Positions 48,266 through 58,276 of a DNA stretch of 64,000 bases are shown here, piece by piece. Source of the stretch: Actinobacteria bacterium HGW-Actinobacteria-4 (GTDB lineage: Bacteria > Actinomycetota > Actinomycetes > Actinomycetales > Demequinaceae); contig PHEW01000014.1 in the NCBI GenBank assembly GCA_002841315.1, forward strand, positions 183 to 64,182, in the 5' to 3' direction. Below the pieces are notes generated by a model that was given only the letters and a program-made list of their open reading frames with translations, was not told the origin of the DNA and did no database searches. Position 1 is the first letter of the stretch, and each line of letters begins with the position of its first letter. The position numbers and the translations under genes were made by a program.

Positions 48266-49590
48266 GTGCGCGTGAGTACGGGGACATGGGGCCGGGCGTT
48301 GACGAGGGACACGACCCGGCCGACGACTACCAGGCTGGCTACGACTTCGAGGGTGGTTGCGAGCTCGACATCGATGGTGACGACGACTGCGCCGCTCTCG
48401 AGGCGAGCGTGGCAGCCGACGTGCGCGCGGACACCGATGCCTTCATCTCGTGGAGTGCGATCGCGGAACCCGCGGACTTCCCCGCGTGCTGGCTGGTGTA
48501 CATGTTGGGGCCGGCGCAAGCTCTTGCCTGGGTGCGCTTGGCGAGCGTGGATAGGAGCATCGCCCGCGCGGCGCTGCGCAGGTTCGACGTGCCTGAGATA
48601 GCGGAGGCCGCCGTCAAAGCTTCTGAGAAGTGGATTGCGCGTCTCGACGACGCTGAGCCGGAACCGCATCGAGAACGCGCCTCCACGGCGGGCATTCGGA
48701 TTGTGACACGACACGACCCTGAGTGGCCGGTGGCGCTCAACGACCTCCCGATGACCGCACCGTTTGCGCTATGGGTGCGGGGTAACGGGCATGTGGCGAA
48801 CCTGTGGCATCGCTCGGTCGCCGTTGTGGGTGCGCGAGCGTCGACGTCGTATGGCAATCACATGGCTACCAGCCTGAGTGCGGGGCTCGGCGATCACGGC
48901 TGGACCGTCATCTCCGGTGGGGCGTATGGGATCGACGGCGCAGCACATCGCGCTGCGCTGGGTGCAGCCTCGCCCACGGTCGCTGTGATGGCAGGCGGCG
49001 TGGACCGCCTCTACCCAGCGGGCAACGCGGACATGCTTGAAGCGGTCATGGAGCGCGGCGTGGTGCTCAGCGAGGTTCCGCCGGGCTTTGCGCCGCATCG
49101 ATCCCGCTTCCTCACCCGCAACCGCCTGATCGCCACAGCCGGGGCGACCGTGGTGGTGGAGGCTGCGTACCGTTCGGGAGCTCTCAGCACCGCTCGTCAC
49201 GCCTTCTTAGCGTCGCGGACTGTTGGCGCCGTGCCGGGCCCGGTGACCTCGGCGTCCTCGACGGGGTGTCACGCGTTGATCCGCGATGGAGAAGCGACGT
49301 TGGTGACCTGCGCCGCCGATGTCCTCGAACTGGCCCAGCCCATTGGTGCTCCAGTGCCGGTGCAGGGCAGCCTCTGGGATGACGTTGGGAACGGCGCCAA
49401 CAGACCCGACTTCGGCACCCCCCACGAGCGCCAGGCATACGACGCTATCGGTCCACGCGGGGCAACCGTTGCCGTGGTCGCACGCTCCGCGGGACTCACG
49501 CTCGCTGAAGCTCGGGTCGCGCTTGGGGGTCTCGAACTCGCCGGATTGGCCCGTCATGACGGGCCCAACTGGAAGAAAACCCCGGCGTAG
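48262..49590 (+). CDS. dprA: DNA-processing protein DprA with acidic N-terminal extension
   Basis: Rossmann-like core VAVVGARASTSYG...ISGGAYGIDGAAHRAAL...TRNRLIA and a C-terminal wHTH-like tail. Confidence 0.9.
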   Translation: MSAREYGDMGPGVDEGHDPADDYQAGYDFEGGCELDIDGDDDCAALEASVAADVRADTDAFISWSAIAEPADFPACWLVYMLGPAQALAWVRLASVDRSIARAALRRFDVPEIAEAAVKASEKWIARLDDAEPEPHRERASTAGIRIVTRHDPEWPVALNDLPMTAPFALWVRGNGHVANLWHRSVAVVGARASTSYGNHMATSLSAGLGDHGWTVISGGAYGIDGAAHRAALGAASPTVAVMAGGVDRLYPAGNADMLEAVMERGVVLSEVPPGFAPHRSRFLTRNRLIATAGATVVVEAAYRSGALSTARHAFLASRTVGAVPGPVTSASSTGCHALIRDGEATLVTCAADVLELAQPIGAPVPVQGSLWDDVGNGANRPDFGTPHERQAYDAIGPRGATVAVVARSAGLTLAEARVALGGLELAGLARHDGPNWKKTPA

Positions 49591-49705
49591 TTATCAGCAA
49601 TTTTGCGGAGATATCCGCACAAACTAGGGCAAATCGGCGTGTCGGATGTGACAAATGTGACTCAAGGGGTTGATTTGACAGGAGAGACAGTGTCACAGTG
49701 TCGCT

Positions 49706-50644
49706 ATGTCCTCCACCGACGTCAGGGTAGCCAGTGACCTCATCGCTGATTTCGAGACGTACCTGCGGCATCAGCGCGGCCTCGCCGAGAACACTGTGCG
49801 CGCATACTCCGGTGACCTCGCGAACCTGGTCTCTCATCTGGCCGACGAGAGCCAGCGCTCCGGGCACGCAACCCCGACCATCACCGATGTGACCCTGGCC
49901 GATCTGCGTGAGTGGCTAGCCGCCATGGCAGGTGCTGGCCTGAGTCGCACCACCTTGGCGCGTCGAGGCGCCGCCGTTCGCACGTTCTACGCGTGGGCCT
50001 TCGAGGCCGGACTCATCGAGACCAACCCAGCGGTGAGGCTCGCCTCTGCGCGACCGTCGAGCACTCTGCCCGATGTCATGACTCCAGCCGATGCGATGAC
50101 GCTCCTCGGCGCAGCCGAAGCTCGCTGCGACGACGGTGATCCCATCCACCTGCGTGACTGGGCTGCCGCCGAGATGCTCTACGCCACCGGGATGCGGGTG
50201 GGCGAACTGGCATCAACCGACCTGCGCGACATTGACCTTGAAGAGCGCCTGGCTCGGGTCATGGGCAAGGGGTCCAAGGAGCGCATGGTTCCGTTTGGCA
50301 CACCGGCCGCTCGCGCCGCAGCCGCGTGGATGGAGCGGGGACGTCCCGCACTAGTCCAGCCGCACACCGACAACGCATTCCTGTTGGGGCGCCGAGGGCA
50401 CCGGGCCGACCAGCGCCAGATACGTGAAGCGATACATGCCTTGTGTGCATTTGCAGGGATCGGCGACATTGCGCCGCACGGGCTCCGCCACTCCGCCGCG
50501 ACTCACCTGCTCAGCGGCGGCTCCGACCTGAGGTCTGTCCAAGAGGTTCTCGGTCACGCGAGCCTCACCACCACCCAGAAGTACACCCACGTCTCCGCAG
50601 AACGACTGCGGTCCGCCTACCAACTCGCGCACCCGCGCGCCTAG
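49706..50644 (+). CDS. xerC: tyrosine recombinase XerC
   Basis: Catalytic residues in ATGMRVGEL, HGLRHSAATHLL, LGHASLTTTQKYTHV. 312 aa. Confidence 0.92.
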   Translation: MSSTDVRVASDLIADFETYLRHQRGLAENTVRAYSGDLANLVSHLADESQRSGHATPTITDVTLADLREWLAAMAGAGLSRTTLARRGAAVRTFYAWAFEAGLIETNPAVRLASARPSSTLPDVMTPADAMTLLGAAEARCDDGDPIHLRDWAAAEMLYATGMRVGELASTDLRDIDLEERLARVMGKGSKERMVPFGTPAARAAAAWMERGRPALVQPHTDNAFLLGRRGHRADQRQIREAIHALCAFAGIGDIAPHGLRHSAATHLLSGGSDLRSVQEVLGHASLTTTQKYTHVSAERLRSAYQLAHPRA

Positions 50645-50651
50645 GAGAGCC

Positions 50652-51491
50652 ATGTCTGATCTCACCGCAGTCCTGACCGCGATCGACGACCGCCCTGAGG
50701 CTGAGCTTCCGGCGGTGCACGACAAGTCCGCAGACGTTGCAGTGTGGTGGAAGCAGTTTGGCGGCCGCAACAAGGCAGCCAAGTTGGCTGCGCGTGAGCA
50801 GCTGATCATGCACTACGCGCCGCTCGTGACACAGGTCGCCACACGGATGATCGGCCGGTTGCCCGACACGGTCGAGCTCGGAGACCTCGTGTCGTACGGC
50901 ACGTTCGGCCTGATTGACGCCGTCGAGAAGTTCGAGGTGGAACGGGGCTTCAAGTTCGAGACCTACGCAGCCACCCGCGTGCGGGGCGCGATCATCGACG
51001 AACTGCGCGCTGCGGACTGGGTTCCGCGGTCGGTGCGCTCCAAGGCCCGCACCGTTGATGTCGCGACGCGAGAGCTAGAGCAAGAACTCATGCGCCCCGT
51101 GAGCGATGAGGACGTGGCCCGCGTCTTGGGTTGGTCGACGGCCGAGGTTCGCACGGTACGTGCACAGGTGGCGCTCAGTCACTTTGCCGCACTGGACGGA
51201 CTGGGCGGCGCTCATGCGGAGTCATATGCGGTCGATTCTGTGCGCTCGCTATCGGTCCCAGGTGCCTCACAGTCGGTGGAGGCCCGCGAGACGTGCACGC
51301 TACTTGCCACTGCGGTGCAAGGAGTGCGAGATCGTGAACAGGAAGTCTTGCGCCTCTACTACTACGAGAACCTCACCCTCGCGCAGATCGGCCAGATCAT
51401 GGGCGTGACCGAGTCGCGGGTTTCTCAGATCCACTCTGGTGCGGTGAAGAAGCTACGCGAGTCACTCATGAAGACCGGCGCGTTCGCGTAG
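50652..51491 (+). CDS. whiG: FliA/WhiG family (sigma-28 type) RNA polymerase sigma factor
   Basis: Regions 2-4: LIMHYAPLVTQVA, FETYAATRVRGAIIDELR, LTLAQIGQIMGVTESRVSQIHSGAVKKLR. Confidence 0.85.
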   Translation: MSDLTAVLTAIDDRPEAELPAVHDKSADVAVWWKQFGGRNKAAKLAAREQLIMHYAPLVTQVATRMIGRLPDTVELGDLVSYGTFGLIDAVEKFEVERGFKFETYAATRVRGAIIDELRAADWVPRSVRSKARTVDVATRELEQELMRPVSDEDVARVLGWSTAEVRTVRAQVALSHFAALDGLGGAHAESYAVDSVRSLSVPGASQSVEARETCTLLATAVQGVRDREQEVLRLYYYENLTLAQIGQIMGVTESRVSQIHSGAVKKLRESLMKTGAFA

Positions 51492-51498
51492 GTCAGGT

Positions 51499-51535
51499 CT
51501 CGCGGTGACTCGCGGTGACTCGCGGTGACTCGCGA
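51499..51535. repeat. 10-bp tandem repeat (CGCGGTGACT x3 plus degenerate flanking copies)
   Basis: Three perfect copies at 51501-51530, followed by a 7/10 copy CGCGACGGCT. Lies between the convergent whiG-type and M23 genes. Confidence 0.9.
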
Positions 51536-51555
51536 CGGCTCTTCGTGACGCGCGG

Positions 51556-52107
51556 CTAGTTCGCGAGTGGCTCTCGCATCGGCAGGAGCCGTACGGGGCC
51601 GAAACCCTCGAGCCAGTCCAGCGGGTTGAGATAGCGCTCGCCATCCCGCAGTCCCCAGTGCACGCAATGTCGCGGGGAACAATGGCCGGAGCCATCCTGG
51701 ACGTGGCCCACTACTTGGCGTGCGTCAACGCGATCGCCCGCCTGCACGGCGGGGTCGATCGGCTCAAGACTGCTTCTCAGGCCGTTGGCGTGCAGCACGG
51801 TCACCACGCCGCGGTCAACCACAGTGCCCGCGAACGTCACGACACCGGGCCCTGGCGTCTGGACTGTTTGACCTGGCTGCGCGACCAGGTCGATTCCCCG
51901 GTGTCCCGCATTCCACGGTTGCGGCGGCGGGTCAAAGAGCCTCGCGACCTCCACCGGGGTCACGGCTGACGCAAACATTGGGCGTGGCGCCGGGGTATCG
52001 GTGGGAAACGGCGCGTGACCCACCGCGAGCACCGCGAGCGACACCGCGACAAGTCGAGCAATGCGGCGGACTGGTCGCGGCATCGGCGCCATGGCAACGA
52101 GATTCAT
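51556..52107 (-). CDS. M23 family metallopeptidase
   Basis: HRGIDL, then a second His-containing block ending in HCVHWGLR, matching the M23/LytM arrangement. N-terminal signal RRIARLVAVSLAVLAVGHA. Start uncertain (ATG 52107 or TTG 52125). Confidence 0.82.
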   Translation of the reverse strand: MNLVAMAPMPRPVRRIARLVAVSLAVLAVGHAPFPTDTPAPRPMFASAVTPVEVARLFDPPPQPWNAGHRGIDLVAQPGQTVQTPGPGVVTFAGTVVDRGVVTVLHANGLRSSLEPIDPAVQAGDRVDARQVVGHVQDGSGHCSPRHCVHWGLRDGERYLNPLDWLEGFGPVRLLPMREPLAN

Positions 52108-52540
52108 GAGACCACGGTGGGGCAACTGGGTCCGTGCATGCCGCGGGAGTGCCGTGACCGCATGAACTGTCCGTTCGCGGCGGCGCTGTGAGCATCAGTG
52201 TCGCAGCGCGGCGAGGAGTCGTGCCCCGGCGCGGGCGATGAGCAGTGTGTGCTCGCACCGCGTGCGTCAGCGCTCCTCAGGCGACGCACTCCGCGTCCGT
52301 CAGGTAGTATCGACCTTGCACTTGGCATGCTCCAAGTGACATCGCGCACCATTCGTCTCGCGCAACGGACACCGTTCGCCGTGGGAGACGCCGGGAAAGC
52401 AGTGGTCCGAGGAAGCTCGGTGTGGACTCGCGTTGGTGCTAGGGACTGTGCCACCCGGCACGGTCATCAACCAAACAGTGGGGACATCTGTCCCTGCGAG
52501 TACACAGTTACGCGTCCGCGCGTACGGATAAGGATGAGCC

Positions 52541-53551
52541 ATGGCCGTTGTGACCATGCGCGAGCTGCTCGACTCGGGCGTCCACTTTGGACACCAGACC
52601 AGCCGCTGGAACCCCAAGATGAAGCGCTTCATTTTCACTGAGCGCAATGGCATCTACATCATTGACCTGCAGCAGTCGCTCAAGATGATCGACAACGCCT
52701 ACGAGTTTGTGCGCGACACCGTCGCCCACGGCGGCACCGTGCTGTTCGTTGGCACCAAGCGCCAGGCGCAGGAGTCCATCGCCGAACAGGCCGCTCGCGT
52801 GGGCATGCCCTACGTGAACGAGCGCTGGTTGGGTGGAATGCTTACCAACTTCCAGACCGTGAGCAAGCGTGTTCAGCGCCTCAAGGAACTCGAACTGATC
52901 GACTTTGACGACGTCGCCGGCTCCGGCCGCACCAAGAAGGAACTGCTCGGAATGCGTCGCGAGAAGGACAAGCTTGCCAAGGTCCTCGGTGGCATCCGCG
53001 ACATGCCCAAGGTTCCGTCCGTAGTGTGGATTGTCGACACCAACAAGGAACACCTCGCCGTTGACGAAGCGCGTAAGCTCGGCCTTCCTGTGGTGGGCCT
53101 GCTCGACTCCAACTGCGACCCCGACGACGTCCAATACGGCATTCCTGCCAACGACGACGCGATTCGTGCTGTGGGCCTGCTGACCCGTGTGATCGCCGAT
53201 GCTGTGGCCGAGGGCCTCAAGATCCGCCACACGCCGAAGGCTGGCGACGACGCCGACGCCGACGGTGAGGCAGAACCTCTCGCCGAGTGGGAGCAGGAGT
53301 TGCTCGACGGTTCGGCCGACGCGACCAAGGCTGCAGACAAGCCTGCTGCCGACGACAAGACCGCCGACGACAAGACCGCCGACGAGCCTGCCGCTGACGA
53401 GGCGCCTGCTGCCGACGACAAGACCGCCGACGAGCCTGCCGCTGACGAGGCGCCTGCTGCCGACGACAAGCCGGAAGCCAAGAAGCCCGCGCCCAAGAAG
53501 CCCGCGGCCAAGAAGCCTGCAGCCGACAAAGCTGCCGCCGACGACAAGTAA
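52541..53551 (+). CDS. rpsB: 30S ribosomal protein S2 with Ala/Asp/Lys/Pro-rich repeat tail
   Basis: [27 protein letters not shown].... About 90 aa of C-terminal low-complexity extension. Confidence 0.96.
   Translation: MAVVTMRELLDSGVHFGHQTSRWNPKMKRFIFTERNGIYIIDLQQSLKMIDNAYEFVRDTVAHGGTVLFVGTKRQAQESIAEQAARVGMPYVNERWLGGMLTNFQTVSKRVQRLKELELIDFDDVAGSGRTKKELLGMRREKDKLAKVLGGIRDMPKVPSVVWIVDTNKEHLAVDEARKLGLPVVGLLDSNCDPDDVQYGIPANDDAIRAVGLLTRVIADAVAEGLKIRHTPKAGDDADADGEAEPLAEWEQELLDGSADATKAADKPAADDKTADDKTADEPAADEAPAADDKTADEPAADEAPAADDKPEAKKPAPKKPAAKKPAADKAAADDK
53348..53470 (+). repeat. in-frame tandem repeat inside the rpsB tail
   Basis: 15-bp GCCGACGACAAGACC, then two perfect 48-bp copies (53363-53410 and 53411-53458) encoding [16 protein letters not shown], then a 12-bp partial copy. 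Confidence 0.9.
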
Positions 53552-53564
53552 GGACACCTAACCC

Positions 53565-54404
53565 ATGGCGAACTACACCGTTGCAGACATCCAGGCCCTG
53601 CGTGAGCGCACTGGCGCTGGCATGCTCGACGTCAAGAAGGCGCTCGATGAAGCTGATGGCAACATCGACGCGGCGGTTGACATCCTGCGTGTCAAGGGCC
53701 TGAAGGGCGTGACCAAGCGCGAGGGCCGTTCGGCCTCGGAGGGCATGGTTCTCGCTTCGATCGAAGATGGCGGCGCTGGCCAGATCGGTACCCTGATTGA
53801 GCTCAATTCCGAGACCGACTTTGTCGCGAAGAACGAGAAGTTCCTCGCACTGGCTGATGCGGTGCTAGCAGCGGCGGTGGCGGCGAAGGCCGACTCTGCT
53901 GAGGCGGCACTTGCGGCAACCATCGACGGCAAGAGCGTCGCGGAGTACATCGCGGAGAACGCCGGGACCTTGGGCGAGAAGATCGTGCTTCGTCGCGTTG
54001 CTCGCGTCGAAGCACCCGTGGTCGCTGAGTACATGCACCGCACCAACAAGGACCTTCCCGCGCAGGTGGGTGTGCTGGTGGGTGCTGACAAGGCTGCTGG
54101 CTCGGTTGCACGGGACATCGCGATGCACATCGCGGCATTCTCGCCTCTTTACCTGACGCGCGATGACGTTCCGGCAGACGTAGTTGAGAATGAGCGTCGC
54201 GTTGCCGAAGAGACCGCTAAGGGCGAAGGCAAGCCTGAGGCTGCCCTACCCAAGATCGTCGAAGGCCGTGTCACCGGGTTCTTCAAGGAGAACACCCTCG
54301 TGGACCAGTCGTTTGCCAAGGACCCCAAGACCACGGTAGGCAAGGTCATTGAGAACACCGGCGGCGAGGTTTCCTCCTTCGTTCGCTTCCGTGTGGGAGC
54401 CTAA
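53565..54404 (+). CDS. tsf: translation elongation factor Ts
   Basis: [33 protein letters not shown].... 279 aa. Confidence 0.96.
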   Translation: MANYTVADIQALRERTGAGMLDVKKALDEADGNIDAAVDILRVKGLKGVTKREGRSASEGMVLASIEDGGAGQIGTLIELNSETDFVAKNEKFLALADAVLAAAVAAKADSAEAALAATIDGKSVAEYIAENAGTLGEKIVLRRVARVEAPVVAEYMHRTNKDLPAQVGVLVGADKAAGSVARDIAMHIAAFSPLYLTRDDVPADVVENERRVAEETAKGEGKPEAALPKIVEGRVTGFFKENTLVDQSFAKDPKTTVGKVIENTGGEVSSFVRFRVGA

Positions 54405-54451
54405 CTCCAGGACACTATTCATCACGCACGCCGCTTCGTCAGGAGGACAGG

Positions 54452-55201
54452 ATGCCCCAGGAAAGCAAGACGCTCCAGGGCGACGATGTCCCCCCGACGG
54501 CGCGGCGTGTGTTGTTGAAGCTGTCGGGCGAGATGTTCGGTGGTGGAGCGGTCGGCCTTGACCCTGACGTCATCGCCAGAGTAGCGCGCGAGGTCGCCGA
54601 TGCTGTGAAGCAGGGCGTCCAGGTGGGCATCGTCGTCGGTGGTGGCAACTTCTTCCGCGGCGTTGAACTCTCTGAACGTGGTATGGAACGCGCCCGGGCC
54701 GACTACATGGGGATGCTCGGCACAGTGATGAACGCGCTCGCCCTCCAGGACTTCCTGGAGCAGGCCGGAGTGGACACTCGTGTGCAAACCGCGATCACGA
54801 TGGGCCAGGTGGCGGAGCCATATATCCCGCGGCGAGCGATGCGTCACATGGACAAGGGCCGTGTAGTGATATTTGGGGCCGGTGCGGGGATGCCGTACTT
54901 CTCCACCGACACCGTATCCGCCCAACGCGCGCTTGAGACTCGCTGTAGCGAAGTACTGATGGGCAAGCACGGGGTGGACGCTGTGTACACCGCCGATCCA
55001 CGCACCGACCCCAGCGCGAAACGCCTCACCGAGATCACCTACGCAGAAGCGCTCCAACAGGGCCTTCAAGTCATGGATGCAGCGGCGTTTAGCCTGTGCA
55101 TGGACAACGGGCTGCCGATGGTCGTGTTTGGCCTGGAAGAGCCCGGCAATGTGACTCGCGCGCTCGTGGGTGAGAGAATCGGGACGCTGGTGACCGCATG
55201 A
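54452..55201 (+). CDS. pyrH: UMP kinase
   Basis: [38 protein letters not shown]. Confidence 0.95.
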   Translation: MPQESKTLQGDDVPPTARRVLLKLSGEMFGGGAVGLDPDVIARVAREVADAVKQGVQVGIVVGGGNFFRGVELSERGMERARADYMGMLGTVMNALALQDFLEQAGVDTRVQTAITMGQVAEPYIPRRAMRHMDKGRVVIFGAGAGMPYFSTDTVSAQRALETRCSEVLMGKHGVDAVYTADPRTDPSAKRLTEITYAEALQQGLQVMDAAAFSLCMDNGLPMVVFGLEEPGNVTRALVGERIGTLVTA

Positions 55202-55225
55202 CACGCTCGCCGAAAGGAAATCGCC

Positions 55226-55783
55226 GTGATTGATGACATTCTGCTCGAGGCCGAGGAGAACATGGACCGCGCCATTAGTGTGGCGAAGGACAACTTCTCC
55301 AGTATTCGCTCGGGCCAAGCGTCCGCCTCGATGTTCGCCAACATCACAGTCGAGTACTACGGTGCCCCCACGCCACTTCAGCAACTGGCATCGATCAATG
55401 TGCCTGAGCCACGCACCGTCATGATCACGCCCTACGACATCAGCGCCAAGAAGGAAATCGAGGCCGCGCTACGCAACTCGGACCTGGGCATTAACCCTTC
55501 CGACGACGGCCAGGTCATTCGCGTGAACATGCCCCAACTGACCGAAGAGCGCCGGAAGGACTTCGTGAAACTTGCCAAGCACAAGGCCGAGGATGCTCGC
55601 GTCACCGTCCGGAACATGCGCCGCAAGGCCAAGGAGTCGATCGAAGCCGCGGTCAAGGACGGCGACGTTGGCGAGGACGAAGGGGCACGCGCGGAGAAGG
55701 AACTCGACGCGTTGACCAAGCGTCACGTGGACCTTATCGACGAGATCTTGGCCCACAAGGAGAGCGAGCTGCTCGAGGTCTAA
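55226..55783 (+). CDS. frr: ribosome recycling factor
   Basis: GTG start, 185 aa. Typical Frr blocks (ITVEYYGAPTPLQQLASI, LGINPSDDGQVIRVNMPQLTEERRK). Confidence 0.95.
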   Translation: MIDDILLEAEENMDRAISVAKDNFSSIRSGQASASMFANITVEYYGAPTPLQQLASINVPEPRTVMITPYDISAKKEIEAALRNSDLGINPSDDGQVIRVNMPQLTEERRKDFVKLAKHKAEDARVTVRNMRRKAKESIEAAVKDGDVGEDEGARAEKELDALTKRHVDLIDEILAHKESELLEV

Positions 55784-55814
55784 TGGTTCACTCACCAACC
55801 TGCGGGGTCCCGCG

Positions 55815-57167
55815 ATGAGCATTTGGCGCCGCGTGACCGGCGGCCATGATGACGCGACCCCAGACGGTGCTCCAGACGGGGCTGCGTCGCCTTATCACAG
55901 CGGCGAGCTGGGGCTGTTCCGGCCCGTTTCCGGCGAGCAGCTTGCAGGCGACGAAGCACCGGTGAGTGGCGAGTTTCCGGTAAGCGGCGAGATGCCCATG
56001 AGTGGCGAGTTTCCCGTAAGCGGCGAGATGCCCGTGAGTGGGGAGCAACCGGTCCGTACCGAGATTCCATTGCGCGTGCCCCAGGACGCTCCCGGCGAGT
56101 ACCCGGACGCTGGCGAGTATCCGGAGAGCGGCGAGTACCCGGTGAGCGGCGAGTACCCGTTGAGCGGCGAGTACCCGGACGCTGGCGAGTATCCGGAGAG
56201 CGGCGAGTACCCGGTGAACGGCGAGTACCCGGTGAACGGCGAGTACCCGGTGAGCGGCGAGTACCCGGTGAACGGTGAACACGCGCAGTACCACGCCGCG
56301 CCCGCTCCGCCAATCCCCGATGACATCTCTGAGGACGAGCTACCCACCACCGAGCGCAGGGGTGGGCGCAACATGGTCGCGGCAACAACGGTGGGCTTGT
56401 CCCTCCTTGGCCTTGTCTTGGTGGCCGCCTGGTTCCACCCGCTCGCGTTCGCAGTCGTGCTCTACGCGTTCTGCTTGGGCGCGATCATCGAGTGGCGCCG
56501 AGCACTGGGCCGTCACGACCGCGAAATTCCGCTCATCCCTATTGTCGCGGCCACGATGGGCATGGCCTTTGCGGCTTGGTTCGGCCTGGCAGAGGGCCTC
56601 GCGGTGGCGTTGCTCGTGGGCTGCGCTGGCGTGGTTGCGTGGCGTGTGGTCGACGAACGCATCGAGAACACCATGGCGGACTCGCTCGCCAGCATGATGG
56701 CGATGCTATGGATTCCGTTCCTGGCGTCCTTCCTTCTTCTCATGGCACAGGCGGAGCACGGTTGGCAAAGGGTGGTCATTGTGGTTGTGGCCGTCGTGGG
56801 CAATGACAGCGGTGGGCTCTACGCCGGCATGGCGTTCGGTAAGCACAAGTTCGCTCCACGGATCAGCCCCAAGAAGACCTGGGAAGGTGCCATCGGAGGG
56901 GTGTTGCTCGGCACTGGCGCTGCCGCCACCGCCGGCTACTTCCTGTTGGATGACAGGTGGTGGTTGGGGGCTGTCGTCGGTCTGCTCGCGTCAGCCGCTG
57001 CGATCGCGGGTGATCTCGCGGAGAGCGCCATCAAGCGAGACATGCAGGTGAAAGACATGAGCAGTGCGATTCCTGGCCACGGGGGGATCATGGACCGCCT
57101 GGACTCGATTCTGGTGGCCGCGCCCGTGGCGTACCTCGTCTTCGCTATTGTCTTGGGAACCACGTGA
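55815..57167 (+). CDS. cdsA: phosphatidate cytidylyltransferase with ~190-aa repetitive N-terminal extension
   Basis: C-terminal ~270 aa are CdsA-like ([40 protein letters not shown]). The N-terminus carries xxGE[YFM]P hexapeptide repeats in frame with no stop. A shorter start near MVAATTVG cannot be excluded. Confidence 0.8.
   Translation: MSIWRRVTGGHDDATPDGAPDGAASPYHSGELGLFRPVSGEQLAGDEAPVSGEFPVSGEMPMSGEFPVSGEMPVSGEQPVRTEIPLRVPQDAPGEYPDAGEYPESGEYPVSGEYPLSGEYPDAGEYPESGEYPVNGEYPVNGEYPVSGEYPVNGEHAQYHAAPAPPIPDDISEDELPTTERRGGRNMVAATTVGLSLLGLVLVAAWFHPLAFAVVLYAFCLGAIIEWRRALGRHDREIPLIPIVAATMGMAFAAWFGLAEGLAVALLVGCAGVVAWRVVDERIENTMADSLASMMAMLWIPFLASFLLLMAQAEHGWQRVVIVVVAVVGNDSGGLYAGMAFGKHKFAPRISPKKTWEGAIGGVLLGTGAAATAGYFLLDDRWWLGAVVGLLASAAAIAGDLAESAIKRDMQVKDMSSAIPGHGGIMDRLDSILVAAPVAYLVFAIVLGTT
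55926..56279 (+). repeat. 18-bp-period tandem repeat array (hexapeptide xxGE[YFM]P, about 18 units)
   Basis: [30 protein letters not shown] ... [63 protein letters not shown]. Contains a near-perfect 72-bp segmental duplication. Confidence 0.9.
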
Positions 57168-58276
57168 GCGAACGTCCGCTATTGCAGTTCGCGGCGCCCA
57201 AGCGAGCCAAGCCGCCGCGCCACTTCGCCGACCTCACGGGTGAGGAACGCAAGGACGCTCTGGCGAGCATCGGCCAGCCCGCCTTTCGCGCCAAGCAGTT
57301 GGGAGCACACTACTTTTCGCACCTGACCATCAATCCCGAAGACATGACCGACCTGCCGGCCGCGTCCCGCGAGCAGATCGCTGCCGAACTGTTCCCGCCT
57401 CTCATGACCCCGGTCAAGTCGCTTGAGGCCGACGGTGGCGCGACCGTCAAGACCCTGTGGAATCTCCACGACGGTGTCAAAGTAGAGTCTGTCCTGATGA
57501 AGTACCCCGAGCGGGCCACCCTGTGTGTGACGAGCCAAGCGGGATGTGGGATGGCGTGTCCATTCTGCGCCACCGGGCAGATGGGTCTCACGCGCAATCT
57601 TTCCGCAGCGGAGATCATCGAGCAGGTCAGGCTCGCCGCGCGGGCAGCTCGCGACGGCGTGCTGGGCGAGAGCGTCCGGATGTCGAACGTGGTGTTCATG
57701 GGCATGGGAGAGCCACTCGCCAACTACAAGGCAGTGATGGCTACCGTGAGAGCGCTCGTGGCTCCCGAGCCGGAAGGCTTTGGGCTGTCCGCACGGCACG
57801 TTACGGTGTCCACCGTTGGGTTGGTTCCTGCAATGGACAAGCTCGCCAAGGAGGGAATTCCGGTGACACTCGCGCTGTCGCTCCACGCGCCCGATGACGA
57901 GCTTCGAAACGAACTGGTGCCGATCAACACACGCTGGAGCGTGGACGAAGCGCTCGATGCCGCGTACCGCTACTACGAGGCCACTGGGCGTCGGGTGAGC
58001 ATTGAGTACGCGCTGATCAAGGACATCAACGACCATGCGCACCGAGCCGCGCTGATGGGCCAGAAGCTCGCCGCGCGCGGTGGCGGCTGGGTGCACGTGA
58101 ATCCCATACCGTTGAACCCGACGCCGGGCAGCAAATGGACCGCGTCCGAACCCGAGGTTGAGCGAGAATTCGTGCGCCAGTTGCGGGAGCATGGTATTCC
58201 CACCACCATCAGGGATACTCGTGGTAGTGACATTGACGGTGCCTGTGGGCAACTCGCCATTACGGAGGTTTCATGA
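57164..58276 (+). CDS. rlmN: 23S rRNA (adenine2503-C2)-methyltransferase, radical SAM
   Basis: CxxxCxxC box [20 protein letters not shown], and C-terminal CGQL. Confidence 0.93.
   Translation: MSERPLLQFAAPKRAKPPRHFADLTGEERKDALASIGQPAFRAKQLGAHYFSHLTINPEDMTDLPAASREQIAAELFPPLMTPVKSLEADGGATVKTLWNLHDGVKVESVLMKYPERATLCVTSQAGCGMACPFCATGQMGLTRNLSAAEIIEQVRLAARAARDGVLGESVRMSNVVFMGMGEPLANYKAVMATVRALVAPEPEGFGLSARHVTVSTVGLVPAMDKLAKEGIPVTLALSLHAPDDELRNELVPINTRWSVDEALDAAYRYYEATGRRVSIEYALIKDINDHAHRAALMGQKLAARGGGWVHVNPIPLNPTPGSKWTASEPEVEREFVRQLREHGIPTTIRDTRGSDIDGACGQLAITEVS

Noticed and set aside
52126-52300. Possible c-di-AMP (ydaO-type) riboswitch in the 5' region of the M23 peptidase gene
   Set aside because: The context fits a cell-wall hydrolase in an actinobacterium. 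However, I could not find the conserved ydaO blocks (GGGGACCCA-like, GGGUGAAUC-like, CAGCUAACCUCGUA-like) on the minus strand. It is left as an unassigned structured region.
55926-56279. CRISPR-like appearance of the 18-bp periodic repeats
   Set aside because: There are no unique spacers between repeats. The units are contiguous, in frame with cdsA and degenerate in a codon-wise manner. There are no cas genes nearby.
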